DNA of 63,445 nucleotides, filler included, from Octopus bimaculoides (GCF_001194135.2; 10 parts of 10 records of this genome joined end to end with filler, not necessarily neighbours in it), one strand, 5' to 3'. Shown: positions 38,298 through 52,663, counted from the first letter of the whole stretch. Translations and numbers: made by a program. The notes: generated by a model from the letters alone, not told the origin.

Positions 38298-38735
38298 AGT
38301 TTCAGTCATTTAACTGTGGCCATGCTGGATCAACGCCGTTAGTCGAGCAAATCGACCCCAGCAATTATTCTTTGTGAGCCTAGTACTTATTCTATCGGTC
38401 TCATTTGCTGAACCGGTGAATTACGGGGACGTAGACATACCACCATCGGTTGTCAAGCAATATTGGAGGACAAACACAGAAACACTAGCATATACACGCA
38501 CACATACACACACACACACACACACCCATGCACACACACATACACATATATATATATTTATACATATATACGACGGGATTCTTTCAGTTCCCGTCAACGA
38601 AATCCACTCACAAGGCTTTGGTCGGCCCAAGGCTATAGTAGAAGACACTTGCCCAAGGTGTCACGCACTGGGACTGAATCTGGAACCATGTGGTTCGTAA
38701 GTAAGCTGCTTAGCAAACAGCCAGTCCTACGCCTA
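38298..38735 (-). mobile_element. Full-length SINE family A with expanded internal (CA)/(TA) tract
   Basis: Reverse complement of 9610-10050. Confidence 0.9.
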
Positions 38736-38774
38736 CCACACTCTTCTCCTACTTAGCACGCACCCACTCCTACG

Positions 38775-38830
<56 letters not shown>

Positions 38831-41429
38831 NNNNNNNNNNNNNNNNNNNNNNNNNNNNNNNNNNNNNNNNNNNNNNNNNNNNNNNNNNNNNNNNNNNNNN
38901 NNNNNNNNNNNNNNNNNNNNNNNNNNNNNNNNNNNNNNNNNNNNNNNNNNNNNNNNNNNNNNNNNNNNNNNNNNNNNNNNNNNNNGGTTCTGCTTCAGGA
39001 TGTACTCAGTTTCAACCGAGTATGTCACAAACAAGACAAAATAAAAAATTGAAATTCATGAGATGCTTTATTAATCACCTGACGATACACATCTGCCGCT
39101 AAGGATGCACAACAACCACTTGTACATTATCCCACCAGGAATGGACCGATGCAAGATGGATTGAAACGATTGTTGTGTTTAATAAAGAATCTCAGGGATT
39201 CCATTTTCTGTTTCTCTCACTTGTTATGTATTTACATATACATATGTGTATATATGNNNNNNNNNNNNNNNNNNNNNNNNNNNNNNNNNNNNNNNNNNNN
39301 NNNNNNNNNNNNNNNNNNNNNNNNNNNNNNNNNNNNNNNNNNNNNNNNNNNNNNNNNNNNNNNNNNNNNNNNNNNNNNNNNNNNNNNNNNNNNNNNNNNN
39401 NNNNNNNNNNNNNNNNNNNNNNNNNNNNNNNNNNNNNNNNNNNNNNNNNNNNNNNNNNNNNNNNNNNNNNNNNNNNNNNNNNNNNNNNNNNNNNNNNNNN
39501 NNNNNNNNNNNNNNNNNNNNNNNNNNNNNNNNNNNNNNNNNNNNNNNNNNNNNNNNNNNNNNNNNNNNNNNNNNNNNNNNNNNNNNNNNNNNNNNNNNNN
39601 NNNNNNNNNNNNNNNNNNNNNNNNNNNNNNNNNNNNNNNNNNNNNNNNNNNNNNNNNNNNNNNNNNNNNNNNNNNNNNNNNNNNNNNNNNNNNNNNNNNN
39701 NNNNNNNNNNNNNNNNNNNNNNNNNNNNNNNNNNNNNNNNNNNNNNNNNNNNNNNNNNNNNNNNNNNNNNNNNNNNNNNNNNNNNNNNNNNNNNNNNNNN
39801 NNNNNNNNNNNNNNNNNNNNNNNNNNNNNNNNNNNNNNNNNNNNNNNNNNNNNNNNNNNNNNNNNNNNNNNNNNNNNNNNNNNNNNNNNNNNNNNNNNNN
39901 NNNNNNNNNNNNNNNNNNNNNNNNNNNNNNNNNNNNNNNNNNNNNNNNNNNNNNNNNNNNNNNNNNNNNNNNNNNNNNNNNNNNNNNNNNNNNNNNNNNN
40001 NNNNNNNNNNNNNNNNNNNNNNNNNNNNNNNNNNNNNNNNNNNNNNNNNNNNNNNNNNNNNNNNNNNNNNNNNNNNNNNNNNNNNNNNNNNNNNNNNNNN
40101 NNNNNNNNNNNNNNNNNNNNNNNNNATATATATATATATATCAGTAGAGAACAAACTATGCTTTTTAACCTGTATATACTGAAACATAACTAGAATAGTG
40201 TGGTATTCGTCTTGAGAAAGCGTTTCGGTAACATGCACTCACCCTATATGCATATCACGGTGTTGGTCTCTTTTCTTCTTATATCTACATTCAGTAATAC
40301 ATACAACTTGCACTTTCTCACTAATATTTAATTTGTCGCTAATATGAAATATGTATATAGATACGTGAAACTGCACACACACACACGCACACACACACAT
40401 ACACACACTTATATACGTATATATACATGTATATGCGAGTGCGCACGCGTGTGTGTGAGTGTATGTGTACATTTACATATTTAGGTATGCATATATTTGT
40501 GTGTTAGAGTGTGTGTCTGTGTACATATGCATTTGCATCACTGTGTGTGTGTGTGAACGCATATGTATACATTGATTGCTAGATAAATAGACAGATAACA
40601 CTTTTTATACAGTTCCAGAGAAAACCAATTAAAATACTTCTGCATAATTCAGAAAAAAAAAACACAAATGGTAAAAAAAAAAAAGAAACAATTCATGAAA
40701 ATCGCAATATTGTATACCAAGTTTCTGCGATTTAGTTCTTAATTAAAATATCACACTGATTTTGTATGATGTTTTCTCTTTTAATTTAGTTCTTAATCTA
40801 CAAACATTTCACTAGTATGCAATGCCTTCTGGCCACTAATTAGACACAATTTTAGCTGTTAGCGCCATCTAGCAGAAGGTGAGTGCATATCTCATGTATA
40901 GAAATCGTGTCGAGTTTTCAGTTAATTACTTACTTAAGTATATTAACACGCTTAAAGATCAACATCGTAATTGAGAAGCAAATATTGAACAGACGTAAAT
41001 GAAGAATAATATTTTACTACTTTTTCTCCAATATTTGTTTTTCTTTCTTTATTTTTTTCCTAACTTGTATCTTTAGTTTGCCCTGGAGAAATGATATTTA
41101 AAAAAAACCAATATCGTGTGTATGTTACTGTATGTATATAAATCTGGGTCCGTTGCTATATGTATAGATTAACCTCCATGATCTTCCCCCTAAACTTCTG
41201 ATCGCATCCTACGATTACAAACCCCTGTCTCATTGTATTATTTTATTATTTTAATTCCGTTGTTTAATTCTTTCCATTCTTATTCTTCATTTTCTTTATG
41301 CGTGTGTGTGTCTGCCTTTCATCACGTGACGCTGTTTCTTTCTCTAAGGCGCCCTGTTTGCATAAGCGTGTGGGCGTTTGTGTGTGAGTGTGAGTGTGAG
41401 TGCGAATATAAGTAAAATATTGAAAATAT

Positions 41430-42030
41430 TTTCCATTAGAATTTGCAATTTGCTCTTAATTGTTGTTCTTCTTGTTCTCCTTGTTCTCCTTCTTGTTGCT
41501 CTTCTTCTTCTTCTTGTTCCTTTTGTTGTTCTTCTTCTTATTCCTTTTCTTCTTCTTCTAATTCTTTTACATCCTCTTCTACTTCTTCTACATCCTCTTC
41601 TATTTCTACCACTTCTATTTCTTCCTCTTTTTGCTGTTGTTGTTGTTGTTCTTCGTCTTGCTTTTTTTTCTTCTTCTTCTTGTACTTCTTCGCCTTCTAC
41701 CCTTACTCTACTTCTTCCCCCTTCTTGATTTTTTCTTTTATATCTTCTTTTTGTTCTTCCCCTTCTTCCCCTTCTTCCGCATCATCCCTTTCTTCTTGTT
41801 CTCATACTTCTTCCCTTCTTCCTCGACCATTTTATCATCACCTTCTTCCTCTTCCTCTTCCTCTTTATAATTTTCTTCTTCTTCCTCTTCCTCGTTATAA
41901 TTTTCTTCTTTTTCTTCTTCTTCTTCTTCTTCTTCTTCTTCTTCTTCCCTCCATCTCCTCCACCCTCATCTTTCTCCTCCTCTTCCTCTTCTTCTCTTCC
42001 GCCTTCTACCACCTTCTTCTCACTTTCATC
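41430..42030. repeat. (TTC/TCC)n pyrimidine-rich low-complexity tract
   Basis: Direct inspection; it explains ORFs 41378-42156. Confidence 0.9.
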
Positions 42031-42620
42031 CATTCCTGCATTCTAGCCAATAGTAATGAAAAACAGACATCCTTTCAACTTCACCCCTTCGCCTCGTTCT
42101 TTTTTAAAAACTCCAGTCAAAAACCTTCCAACTGCAGTATAAAACATCACAACTAAACCAATTCATTACTTCAAACATCGATATAGTTTGACCCATTTAT
42201 ATACGGCACATATGACACACTTTCAGAATAGACACAAGTGTATAACTAGTATGCGAAGAAAAGAAGTACTGATTTGTCTCAGATATGTGGATTGTAACCT
42301 CGAGAGAAGTTAGTATCTTTTTTTTTTATAACCGCAGGATTGGATTTCAGCATATTTGGGTCTTTATCCGGGTTTGTTGAATATGTATGTTGCTAATGTA
42401 TGGCTTCTGACGAAGCTATTCAATAGAGTCATTTTGCAGATGATGTCGACATGTTTTCTTCTAAAAATAAAAATAAAAATGCTTAAATAAACTAGTTATA
42501 TGTACTGAACGCTATTTCAGTTCCTTTTTTTATTATTGTTTTATATGTTTTCACAAAAAGAATCTCCATAGGTTAGTTGCCATTTTTACATATAAATACT
42601 GGTAGATAACGAAGTGTAAA

Positions 42621-42667
<47 letters not shown>

Positions 42668-44468
42668 ATAAGAAGATGACGATGGGAAAAAGTTGTACTA
42701 GAAGAGGAAGGAAACAGAAAAATAGGGAAGAAAAACAACAACAACANNNNNNNNNNNNNNNNNNNNNNNNNNNNNNNNNNNNNNNNNNNNNNNNNNNNNN
42801 NNNNNNNNNNNNNNNNNNNNNNNNNNNNNNNNNNNNNNNNNNNNNNNNNNNNNNNNNNNNNNNNNNNNNNNNNNNNNNNNNNNNNNNNNNNNNNNNNNNN
42901 NNNNNNNNNNNNNNNNNNNNNNNNNNNNNNNNNNNNNNNNNNNNNNNNNNNNNNNNNNNNNNNNNNNNNNNNNNNNNNNNNNNNNNNNNNGGAGGAGGAG
43001 AAGAAGAAGAAGAAGAATAATAAGAAGAAGAATAAGAAGAAGAAGAAGAAGAAGAATAAGAAGAAGAAGAAGAAGAAGAAAAAGAAGAAGAAGAAGAACA
43101 AGAAGAAGAACAACAAGAAGAAGAAGAAGAAGAAGAAGAAGAAGAAGAAGAAGAAGAAGATCTTACGATAACAATGTAACCATATCTTTAGTTTCTCTTC
43201 ATTTTACAGTCTTAGAAATGTGGTAGTGTTTGCATTGAATAACCTACTCTGGGATATACTGTTTATTCCAGCAAAGAAAGTAGGTGATGCGAGGGCTAGA
43301 ATTCTAATGTTAATTGCTCTCCTGAATCAAGGTTGAAGTTAGAGTAATAGACAATATTTTTTCGGTATATAATAGATGAAATGTAGATGGAAATAAATTT
43401 GAAGTATTTGATTGTGAAGTGTATAACTCCAGCTGAACTACGTCCATTGAAAGTGAGTTCTACTGGGAATGTTCGTTTCAGTAGTGTGACGTGTGTTTAG
43501 TCTTCCATTTCGTCCATGTTATTGAAAAACCTAGTTCTACATCCGCATGTACATTTGTAAGCGTAAATGAAGTGATGCGAATGCACACAATGATTTGAAC
43601 CAGAGCCTTAAGCATGGTTCACTGGGACGTCACTCTCGTTGGTAATTTAAACCACTAGTAATTTATTTTCCTTTAGTGTATATGTAATTGACTACAAAGC
43701 CTAACAGTTGCCTGAGTTTTGATTTAATAATCAATTTGTCTCTTTTCTTATTCAACATTTTCACAAAAGCAAATAAAAGGGAAGACTAACTGAGCTCATT
43801 TGGGCACATTAGAACAAGCATCAAGATAATGACTATAGTTATCTGCATGTGCAACAGATGATTTTGCTAATTTACACCAAATCCTGTCTTCAATGAAGCA
43901 ATTCAATTAAGCGAATTTAGTGAACAATCTGCATGATATAACTAACACGTTACTGATATCATACGAGTGAGTAAATTTCCGATACAATATTCTGGAGTTT
44001 CAATAAGCGTAATGTCTTTATGAACGACCGAAGAGGAAAACTGAAAATAGAATACTGTGCTACGACAATTTTCTACCCTTTTAGCTAGAGAATGCTTAAT
44101 AAACTCCAGCTAAATGATCATCNNNNNNNNNNNNNNNNNNNNNNNNNNNNNNNNNNNNNNNNNNNNNNNNNNNNNNNNNNNNNNNNNNNNNNNNNNNNNN
44201 NNNNNNNNNNNNNNNNNNNNNNNNNNNNNNNNNNNNNNNNNNNNNNNNNNNNNNNNNNNNNNNNNNNNNNNNNNNNNNNNNNNNNNNNNNNNNNNNNNNN
44301 NNNNNNNNNNNNNNNNNNNNNNNNNNNNNNNNNNNNNNNNNNNNNNNNNNNNNNNNNNNNNNNNNNNNNNNNNATATATATATATACATACATAAGTATG
44401 ATTTATGTATGTGTGAGCGTGTTAGTTCAAATGTATTTATGTCATGGGTATGCATATATATGTGCGTG

Positions 44469-44509
<41 letters not shown>

Positions 44510-45469
44510 ATTTGTGTATATATATTTATATATGCATATCTACATGCACGGACAAATGCCTATTTGAATCCATGTGTATTTATATATGTATACATGTGAG
44601 TGTGTGTCACTGACTTTCATCATCGTAATACAGCTGCTTGAAATACTTTAATTGACAGCAATTATCCCTGCAATTTGAAAATGAATTCTCCCTTTAATCG
44701 ATTTCAACATACGGGAATATGTAGGAAAATAACTTAACCCTAGCAATATCCACTCAGAAGCAGCTTTGGGAAATTTAGTCAAGAGCAGGGTTTTTTGCTA
44801 ATATGAGCTGTTTTAAAATAATAAACACGTTTCTACCTTATTCGACCTCATTAGACATTTTTTTCACATTTTCAACCAATACGGAATATCGACCAATTTA
44901 TGTAGAAATAGAGTGAATGCATCGAAGCTGATCATGAGGATCAACAATAGAAAGAGAATGAAAGTTCTCAAAGGCCCTTCCTGCGTGCTAAATACCCATA
45001 TGGGTGCGCCTCGCATCAGGTTCTCGTTTGATCTCCTTATTTCAGTTGTTTTTTTAGATTATTTTTTGATATTTGCGAATTAATCTCTTAAAGTTTGTTT
45101 GAAACAGTAAAATATCGAGTTAATAACACCGATCATTTAAGAGTGTCCATCAATTAAAAGATATAAAGAGATTCCAGCCATGCTTGAATTCTAAAAGCAA
45201 CGAGAAAGTGTATGAAATCCAATTATATCAGCTGATGCAAATTTTTGGAGAGTTAAAGCAATGCTGTTAGACGTTAATCTTGTCTTTAAATTCAACAGAT
45301 GTATTTTCATCTTGTTTGATCGTATCAATGCATATTTCCCCTTGGTTGGGAACATGAAGTGATAATAACGTATGGAAATGGTGATAAAATACTACCACTG
45401 ATGGTGAATGCAAATAACATATATGTATATGTGTGTGTGTTTGTCTGTGTGTGTATGTGTGTGTGTCTT

Positions 45470-45760
45470 CCGTCGAAGACAACGTGTGACCATTTAGCTT
45501 TTACCAAGCGACCTGCACATATGATTGGTTTATGGTAACCAAACGCATGTGCCGTACAGCAACTTGCTTTCTCCATCAAATAGACGTTACCTGAACAGGT
45601 GTACGCCGTAACACGCTTCAGGTGTAGAAGCGATCGCTGAGAAACGTTAGATGAAGGGTTTTACTGAAGAACACAACGCACTGCCTGATCTAAGAATTAA
45701 AACCATCTTTTAGCGATCATAACTGCAACAGCCAACACCCTAACCAATAGGCAATGAGTC
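45470..45760 (-). mobile_element. SINE family F copy
   Basis: Inverted similarity to 27770-28060 (CTCCATCAAATA, GAACACAACGCACT). Confidence 0.6.
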
Positions 45761-46764
45761 CGCTCACACGCACACACACAGAGACACACACTCGCACGTA
45801 CGCACACACACATACACACGCGTGTAATTTAGTTGTCCCTAATTGTGACTGAGGTTTCACTGATATTGTTAGAATTAAGTGTTACAAAAACCTAGAACCG
45901 CAGGGAAGCATATTTTCATATACTGACGGGAGATAACAGCCATATAATCGAAGTAAGATCACTGGACTATATTAGGTACGCCTGTAAAATTGCAAGTACG
46001 TAAGCAGTCACTAATCCATCGCTGAATAGTTTCGCTAAATCCAAACTGTCAGTATATACATTTACCATATACATTTATAGCTGATCAATCCGAATGCTAA
46101 TGTAAAAATTACAAAATAACTAACGCAGCGTCATGCAATACAAAAACCAAAGAGAAAATGTTGTATACAACCATGCCTCCATGCATCCATGCATGCGTCC
46201 GTCCATCCGCCCATCCATCCATCCATCCATCCATCCATCCAACCATCCGTCCGTCCGTCCGTCCGTCCGTCTCTCCCCCCCTCTCTCTCTCTATCTATCT
46301 ATCTGCATGTCTGTCTGTCTATCTATTTGCATATATGCATACATATATATTCGACAAACCTTAATAAAGACCCATATTAGTTGAAATCCGTTCCTTCATT
46401 TATAAGAAACAATATATGCCCTCGAGGTAATGCAAATAATTAAGTTGAATTCGGTATCATCTCACTGAGGACCGAAAAAATTCGCTCTAGGTGACAGATA
46501 ACAGATTTGTGGGCAAGGTTATCTATCCAATATATAAACACACATATATAAGAGCAAACGTGAATATGTCTCAATTTCCTTGATGCCAAATGCGAATTCT
46601 ACGACAGGACCTTTGAACACATGACGCAGTGACGTACTTAATTCATATTTATGCGACTGCAAATGTCAATTCGGTCATATTTCTAACTATGATACATTGC
46701 ATGTGAAGCTGCTGCTCTTACACTATGAGTGATTTACTAACTTTCATTGCGGTATTATGTTCAA

Positions 46765-47010
46765 GGGTGGAGGCGCAATGGCTCAGTGCTTAGGGCAGCG
46801 GACTCGCGGTCGTAGGATCGCGGTTTCTATTCCCACACCGGTCGTAGTGACTGTTTATTGAGCGAAAATCCGACACTCCGGCAGAGGATGGTGGGGAACG
46901 CTGCTGTACTCTTTCACCAGAACTTTCTCTCTTTCTTCCTGTTTCTGTTGTGCCTGTAATTCAAAGGGGCAGCCTTGTCACACTGTGTCACGCTGAATCT
47001 CCTGGTTTTT
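46765..47010 (+). mobile_element. tRNA-derived SINE family B, 3'-truncated
   Basis: GGTGGAGGCGCAATGGCTCAGTG..GGACTCGCGGTCGTAGGATCGCGGTTTC matches 50503-50755. Confidence 0.85.
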
Positions 47011-47074
47011 AGGGTATCACGAAAGACTTGGCTAGAGGTACAACATTCTGAGTTCTGTAACAGGGCTTCGAAGC

Positions 47075-47285
47075 CGCGTCTTGTTCCTACCTTCGAAACG
47101 CGGATTAGATAAAACAGAGGACATCTGATGAAGGGAATGTTGTTTATGTTGCATGTCTTGTTTCTCTGTTTGTTGTTTTCGTTATTCGTAAAACAGAGTT
47201 CCTTTTCTATGCATTTGATTTTTATGTTCTCGTTTCTCATTCTGTTCACCTGTTTTTGATGTCCTGTACCCATATATGCATATGT
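47075..47285 (+). mobile_element. Repeat family E copy
   Basis: Matches 21770-21965. Confidence 0.75.
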
Positions 47286-48832
47286 ATATACATATATATG
47301 TAGGTATGTACGCATATGTATCTCTATATGTCTATATGCATATATTTATATATTATTTATATTATAGTATATNNNNNNNNNNNNNNNNNNNNNNNNNNNN
47401 NNNNNNNNNNNNNNNNNNNNNNNNNNNNNNNNNNNNNNNNNNNNNNNNNNNNNNNNNNNNNNNNNNNNNNNNNNNNNNNNNNNNNNNNNNNNNNNNNNNN
47501 NNNNNNNNNNNNNNNNNNNNNNNNNNNNNNNNNNNNNNNNNNNNNNNNNATATATATATATATATATATATACATACATGGGCTAAATATGTTCTAATAG
47601 TGTCTCGATTGATGTGATGTAGGTTCAGATTTTAACCTAAACAATAACATGCTTGTAATTCCACATAGTCTGGCCTTTGCTATGCAGGTCGTTGCAAGGA
47701 TTTTCTTGTCGATAGAAAAGTGCTGTCAAGAGAGTTTGACATATGAATATAAAATGCGAGCTAAGAGTGACGAGCAAATGTCGAAATCATGCATTATATT
47801 GCTGTAATTATTGAGAATGTTGTATGTATTTGTACACGAAAATCAATGTTGTCACTAAGACCAATCAAACAACAACGATTCCGTGGAAGAGTATTAGTCG
47901 TATGACAATAAGACGTAGAAATTCCCTTCTCTTCAGCAAATGTAATGTGTCTTTCCCCTTATATTCAGCCAATAAGATACGCAAACACACAAGGAGGCAA
48001 CTCGCATACATACACCGTCAGAAGCTGGCATACATAACAATGCATACACACACAGGTATAAACGCACAGACACAGATAAGACAAAACGATGTTTCGTATT
48101 TATGTATGTGTATACACACAAGGAAACACAACTCCATGCAACCAAATACACAATGTCACAAAGATACGCGCACGAATACAGAAATACTTTTGACCGCCAT
48201 TGTGTACGTGCGGATGTTGCAATGTGTATACGTATGAGCGTGTGTGTATGTATATGTGTGTGTATGAGCGTGTGTGTATGTATATGTGTGTGTATGAGTG
48301 TGTGAGAGAAAAAATATATAAGCATATATATATGTGAGTGCATTGAAATATACATACATGTATATTTGTGTATATATATATANNNNNNNNNNNNNNNNNN
48401 NNNNNNNNNNNNNNNNNNNNNNNNNNTTAATTAATTAANNNNNNNNNNNNNNNNNNNNNNNNNNNNNNNNNNNNNNNNNNNNATATATATATATATATAT
48501 ACCCAAATCAAAGAAAAAGATTATATTTCTTATTTCCTGAACATGAAAATCTTGGGTTACTGAAAATGGCTATTGATTCTTAATTTACGTCACATTTGTG
48601 CCCATTCAGTCAGAACAGATTTAGTAATTACAACAACAACAACATATACATGAACAATTTTTCAAATATGAAAGTTAGACATTCTCTAGCAAACCATTCA
48701 AGCATCAGTCACCAGTTTAAGGATGATTTCATGTGAACCTTTAGAGAAACCATCCATAAAACCAATTGAGAAACAGCCTTGATGTGATTGCTCAACTGTG
48801 ACCAGACATTTAAATCCCAACAGCTGAGATCA

Positions 48833-49560
48833 TTAACCTTTTGATACCAGCCCATCTGAGACTGCCCTTGGTTCTATGATACAAGCTTCCTAGTTTAATG
48901 TGATCTAAATTAAAACCTATCAAAACTTCCTGCTAATTTACGATCCAAATTTCAGCTTAAAAGTGACAAAGTTATTTTGCTAAATGATTTATTGTTTTCA
49001 AAATTAATTGAAAGGAAGGTGGTGCATTTTAAGAGAAGTATGGTAACAAAAAGGTTAAAGTGGTTTAAATGAAAACCTTCCATCAAAATTTCATGCTAAT
49101 TTATGTAACAGAAATAAATTTATTTCTCAAATGCGTGATAATGCTATAAATAGCGTGATCAGGATAAATTATCCATATAATGCAGAAAAATACATTACCG
49201 GCCAGCCCGCGTTTGAGAAATAAATTTATTTCTGTATCTTACAATACATCTCAATGCTTCTAAAGACAAACTTTGTTTGTTTACTTTCATCGTAAAGTTG
49301 AATTTATGCGACAGAGTTATTTTGCTTAATTATTGTTTTCAAAATTGATTGAAAGAAAAGCAGTGCATTTTAGGAGAAATATGGTAACAAAAGGGTTAAA
49401 GTGATCTAAATTACAACCTATCAAAATTTCACGCTAATTTATGTTCCAAACACCAGCTTAAAAGTGACAAAGTTATTTTGCTAAGATCTTCATTGTTTTC
49501 AAAATTAATTGAAAGAAAGGCAATGTAATTTTAACAGAAATATGGTAACAAAGGGGTGAA
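48833..49560 (+). repeat. Three tandem ~160-bp units with piggyBac-like ends (TTAACC..GGTTAA)
   Basis: Recurring GTGATCTAAATTA..AAGTTATTTTGCT..TTGTTTTCAAAATT..TATGGTAACAAAAGGGTTAA. Confidence 0.75.
49109..49234. mobile_element. 126-bp MITE with 27-bp TIRs nested in the second unit
   Basis: CAGAAATAAATTTATTTCTCAAATGCG / CGCGTTTGAGAAATAAATTTATTTCTG, 1 mismatch. Confidence 0.75.
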
Positions 49561-49664
49561 GCTCTATATAAGCACTACAGGTTGGTAGAGCCATAATCTT
49601 AAGTGGCTGAGAAAGACATCCTTTGTTGTATATGATGACACTGGTCTTTTATAAAGTGCTTAAT

Positions 49665-49975
49665 GCTTAGGGTATTTGGCTCATGATCATAAGGTCATGA
49701 GTTCAAAACCTGGCGGTGCATTGTGTCCTTGACCAAGTCACTTTATTTTCCATGTTGCTTCAGTACACTCAGCAGGCAAAAATGAGTATTACCTGTAATT
49801 CAAAGGGCCAGTCTTGTCACATTCAGTGTCATGCTGAATCTCCTTGAGAACTACCTTAAAGGTACTTGTGTCTGTGGATTGTTCAGCCACTTGCATGTTA
49901 ATTTCATGAGCAGGCTTTTCCATTCATTGGATCAACTGGAACCCTCATCATTGTAACCGATGGGGTGCCAGTTTA
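49665..49975 (+). mobile_element. Degenerate tRNA-SINE with family B 3' half
   Basis: CCTGTAATTCAAAGGG.CAG.CTTGTCACA..GGATCAACTGGAACCCTC shared with 50700-50885. Confidence 0.75.
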
Positions 49976-49979
49976 TAAG

Positions 49980-50160
49980 GTGCTCAACTGGTACTTATTT
50001 TATCAACCCCGCCACCCATCAAAATAAAAGAAAGAAAAAAAATGAAAGGCAAGAGTACTTAATTTATCAACACTGAAAAGATGAAGGGCAAAGTCGACCT
50101 TGGCAGCATTTGAACTCAGTATGTAAAAGAGCCAGAAGAAATGCTACTAAGCATTTTGTC
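49980..50160 (-). mobile_element. SINE family C fragment
   Basis: GATGAAGGGCAAAGTCGACCTTGGCAGCATTTGAACTCAG is the reverse complement of family C. Confidence 0.7.
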
Positions 50161-50404
50161 CATTATTTTGTTCTTTATTATTTTCAAAATTAACTGAAAC
50201 AAAAGCAGTGTTTTTCAACATAAATATGGAAATGAAAGTGTTAAAGGGAACATAAAGTAAGCAGGGCCTACCCAGACAAGTATAAATACCATTTATCAAA
50301 TATAAAAACTGAATAATTTCCAATTTGTTATAACACCAAATATGAAGTGACCCATCTAACTCATACCAGCATGGAAAAATAGATATAAAATAAAAATGGT
50401 GAGG

Positions 50405-51674
50405 TACAAGGTACATTCAAAAAGTTTAGAGACTTTTTTTAGGAGTGGCAGTTATAACTGTCCTAGAATATTGTAATTTTAGTATATCATTACTATATAT
50501 CTGTGGAGGTGCAATGGCCCAGTGGTTAGGGCAGTGGACTCGTGGTCATAGGATCTTGGTTTCGATTCCCAGACCGGGCGTTTTGAGTGTTTATTGAGCG
50601 AAAACACCTAAAGCTCCAAGAGGCTCCAGCAGGGGATGGTGATGACCTGGCTGTACTCTTTCACCACAACTTTCTCTCACTCTTACTTCCTGTTTCTGTT
50701 GTGCCTGTAATTCAAAGGGTCAGCCTTGTCACACTTTGTCACGCTGAATATCCCTGAGAACTACGTTAAGGGTACATGCGTCTGTGGAGTGCTCAGCCAC
50801 TTGCGTGTTAATTTCACGAGCAGGCTGTTCCGTTGATCAGATCAACTGGAACCCTCAACGTTGTAAGCGACAGAGTGCCAACAACAACTATATATCTAAT
50901 AAGCTGACCTGCCAACTTGAGTGAAAGAGATGGCTCTAACAGCACTTTGAACACACCCTAAAAAACATTGTGTGTTGCAGCTGACTGGTTTGCAGAATGC
51001 AGTCAAGATGCTTAGCAGTTTACCATGCAATAAAGTTTTGTGTTAAACTGGGGAAAAACGCTACTGAGATTTATGGAATGCTCCAGACTGCTTCTGGATT
51101 AACTTTTACACTGGCACAATAGGCTCAAGGATGGTAGAGAGGAGGTGAGAGATGATGACAAAAGTGAGAAGGAGAGGGATGTCAGAATATCAGAGATGGT
51201 TGAGGAAATCTACAATTTTCTGGATGAACGCCATTGTGTGTCTATAAAGATAATAGGCATGCAAGTTGGAATTGGTGTGGTATTTGTACACATGAGCAGA
51301 GTTTGTTCCTAGGGTGCTCATGTACAAAATCTGTTCAGAATTTGTTCCTAGGATGTTCATTGAGAAGCATATTGGTAGCCAACTACTGGAGAGAAGTGGA
51401 CATCAAAACTGTCCGTCACCTTCCCTACAGTTCAGTCCTTGTGACACTCGGTTGTTCCCCAAGCTAAAAGAGAGCCTTAGGGGTAACTGTTTTGAAGACA
51501 TTCAGGAAATGAGGGAGGCTGTGACAAGGGTCCTTCATGAAGTGATTGTAGCATTACAAGTGCATTGAAGTCAAAGAATCCTACTTTGAAGGAGATTAGA
51601 GTTTTGTATTTCTTTGAAATTAAGAAATGTCTCCTCCTGAAAAAAGTTTGGAGACTTCTGAAATGCACCTTGTA
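50405..51674 (+). mobile_element. Internally deleted mariner element with both TIRs
   Basis: TACAAGGTACATTCAAAAAGTTT / AAAGTTTGGAGACTTCTGAAATGCACCTTGTA. Internal remnants CVKLGKNATE and PCDTRLFPKLKESLRGNCFEDIQEM. Confidence 0.8.
50503..50889 (+). mobile_element. Full-length tRNA-derived SINE family B inserted in the mariner element
   Basis: A box TGGCCCAGTGG, B box GGTTTCGATTCC, (CAA)n tail. Confidence 0.9.
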
Positions 51675-51983
51675 TAATCAGTAAATAGTTTATTTTTCTT
51701 GTCAAAATGTTTTTACATCTAGTCTCATGATGATAAGGTCTTCATTGACAATTTATTTCATGAATACTTATTGCTTATCCTGAGATTTTTACTCACAACA
51801 TTGAGCCTGATATAAATACCACACACACACAGATAGTAGATATATACATGGATACAAACATATACATATATGTATAAATATACATATATACATATACACA
51901 CACATGCAATATATCAGTAGTTGGTTTATGATAAATCTTATCAGGTATTGCATTAGTGATTAGTTGTGTGTGAGGTGTGAGGT

Positions 51984-52070
<87 letters not shown>

Positions 52071-52625
52071 GTGGGGCATTGAGTGACACTCTCTCTCTTG
52101 ACAGAAATAACTACCAGATATCTAAATTATCAGAAACTGCAACCAATTCCCATGAAGTGCAAAGTTAGGTAATCAGGGTTTAGATATAACCTTTAACACA
52201 GCATCTTGATTAATGATAATGATAACTTATGTGAGGCTGAGAGTCAGTGTGTGTGTATGTGTTATATGTGTGTATATGTGTGTGATTAAGTGTATTAATA
52301 TATAAGCATATATGTGTGAATGTACACATTTATCTATGCATATATATAATTATGAATGCCTGAGTGGATGTATATTTGTGTGTGCAAGTGTGCTTATGTG
52401 TGCACAGTCATGCATTTGTCTGTGTGCATGAATATATGGATGAGAAGATCTATACTTGTGGGTGCAAGCATGTTTATGTATGCATGTATATTTGCATGCA
52501 TATACACGTATATACATGCATTTTTATGCTTGCATGAATTTGTGTGTACCTATGAGTTTGTGTATATATATGAGAGCGCATATATATTTACATACTTGTA
52601 TAGGAGTGCAGGTGTGAATGATGCA

Positions 52626-52663
<38 letters not shown>

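Noticed and set aside
39149-40238. ORFs of 300+ aa, and similar ones at 19.5, 42.6, 44.1, 47.3, 60.0 and 62.3 kb
   Set aside because: They are translations of N runs.
42404-42430. CTGACGA A GCTATT-C-AATAG half hammerhead
   Set aside because: No GAAA or stem III follows.
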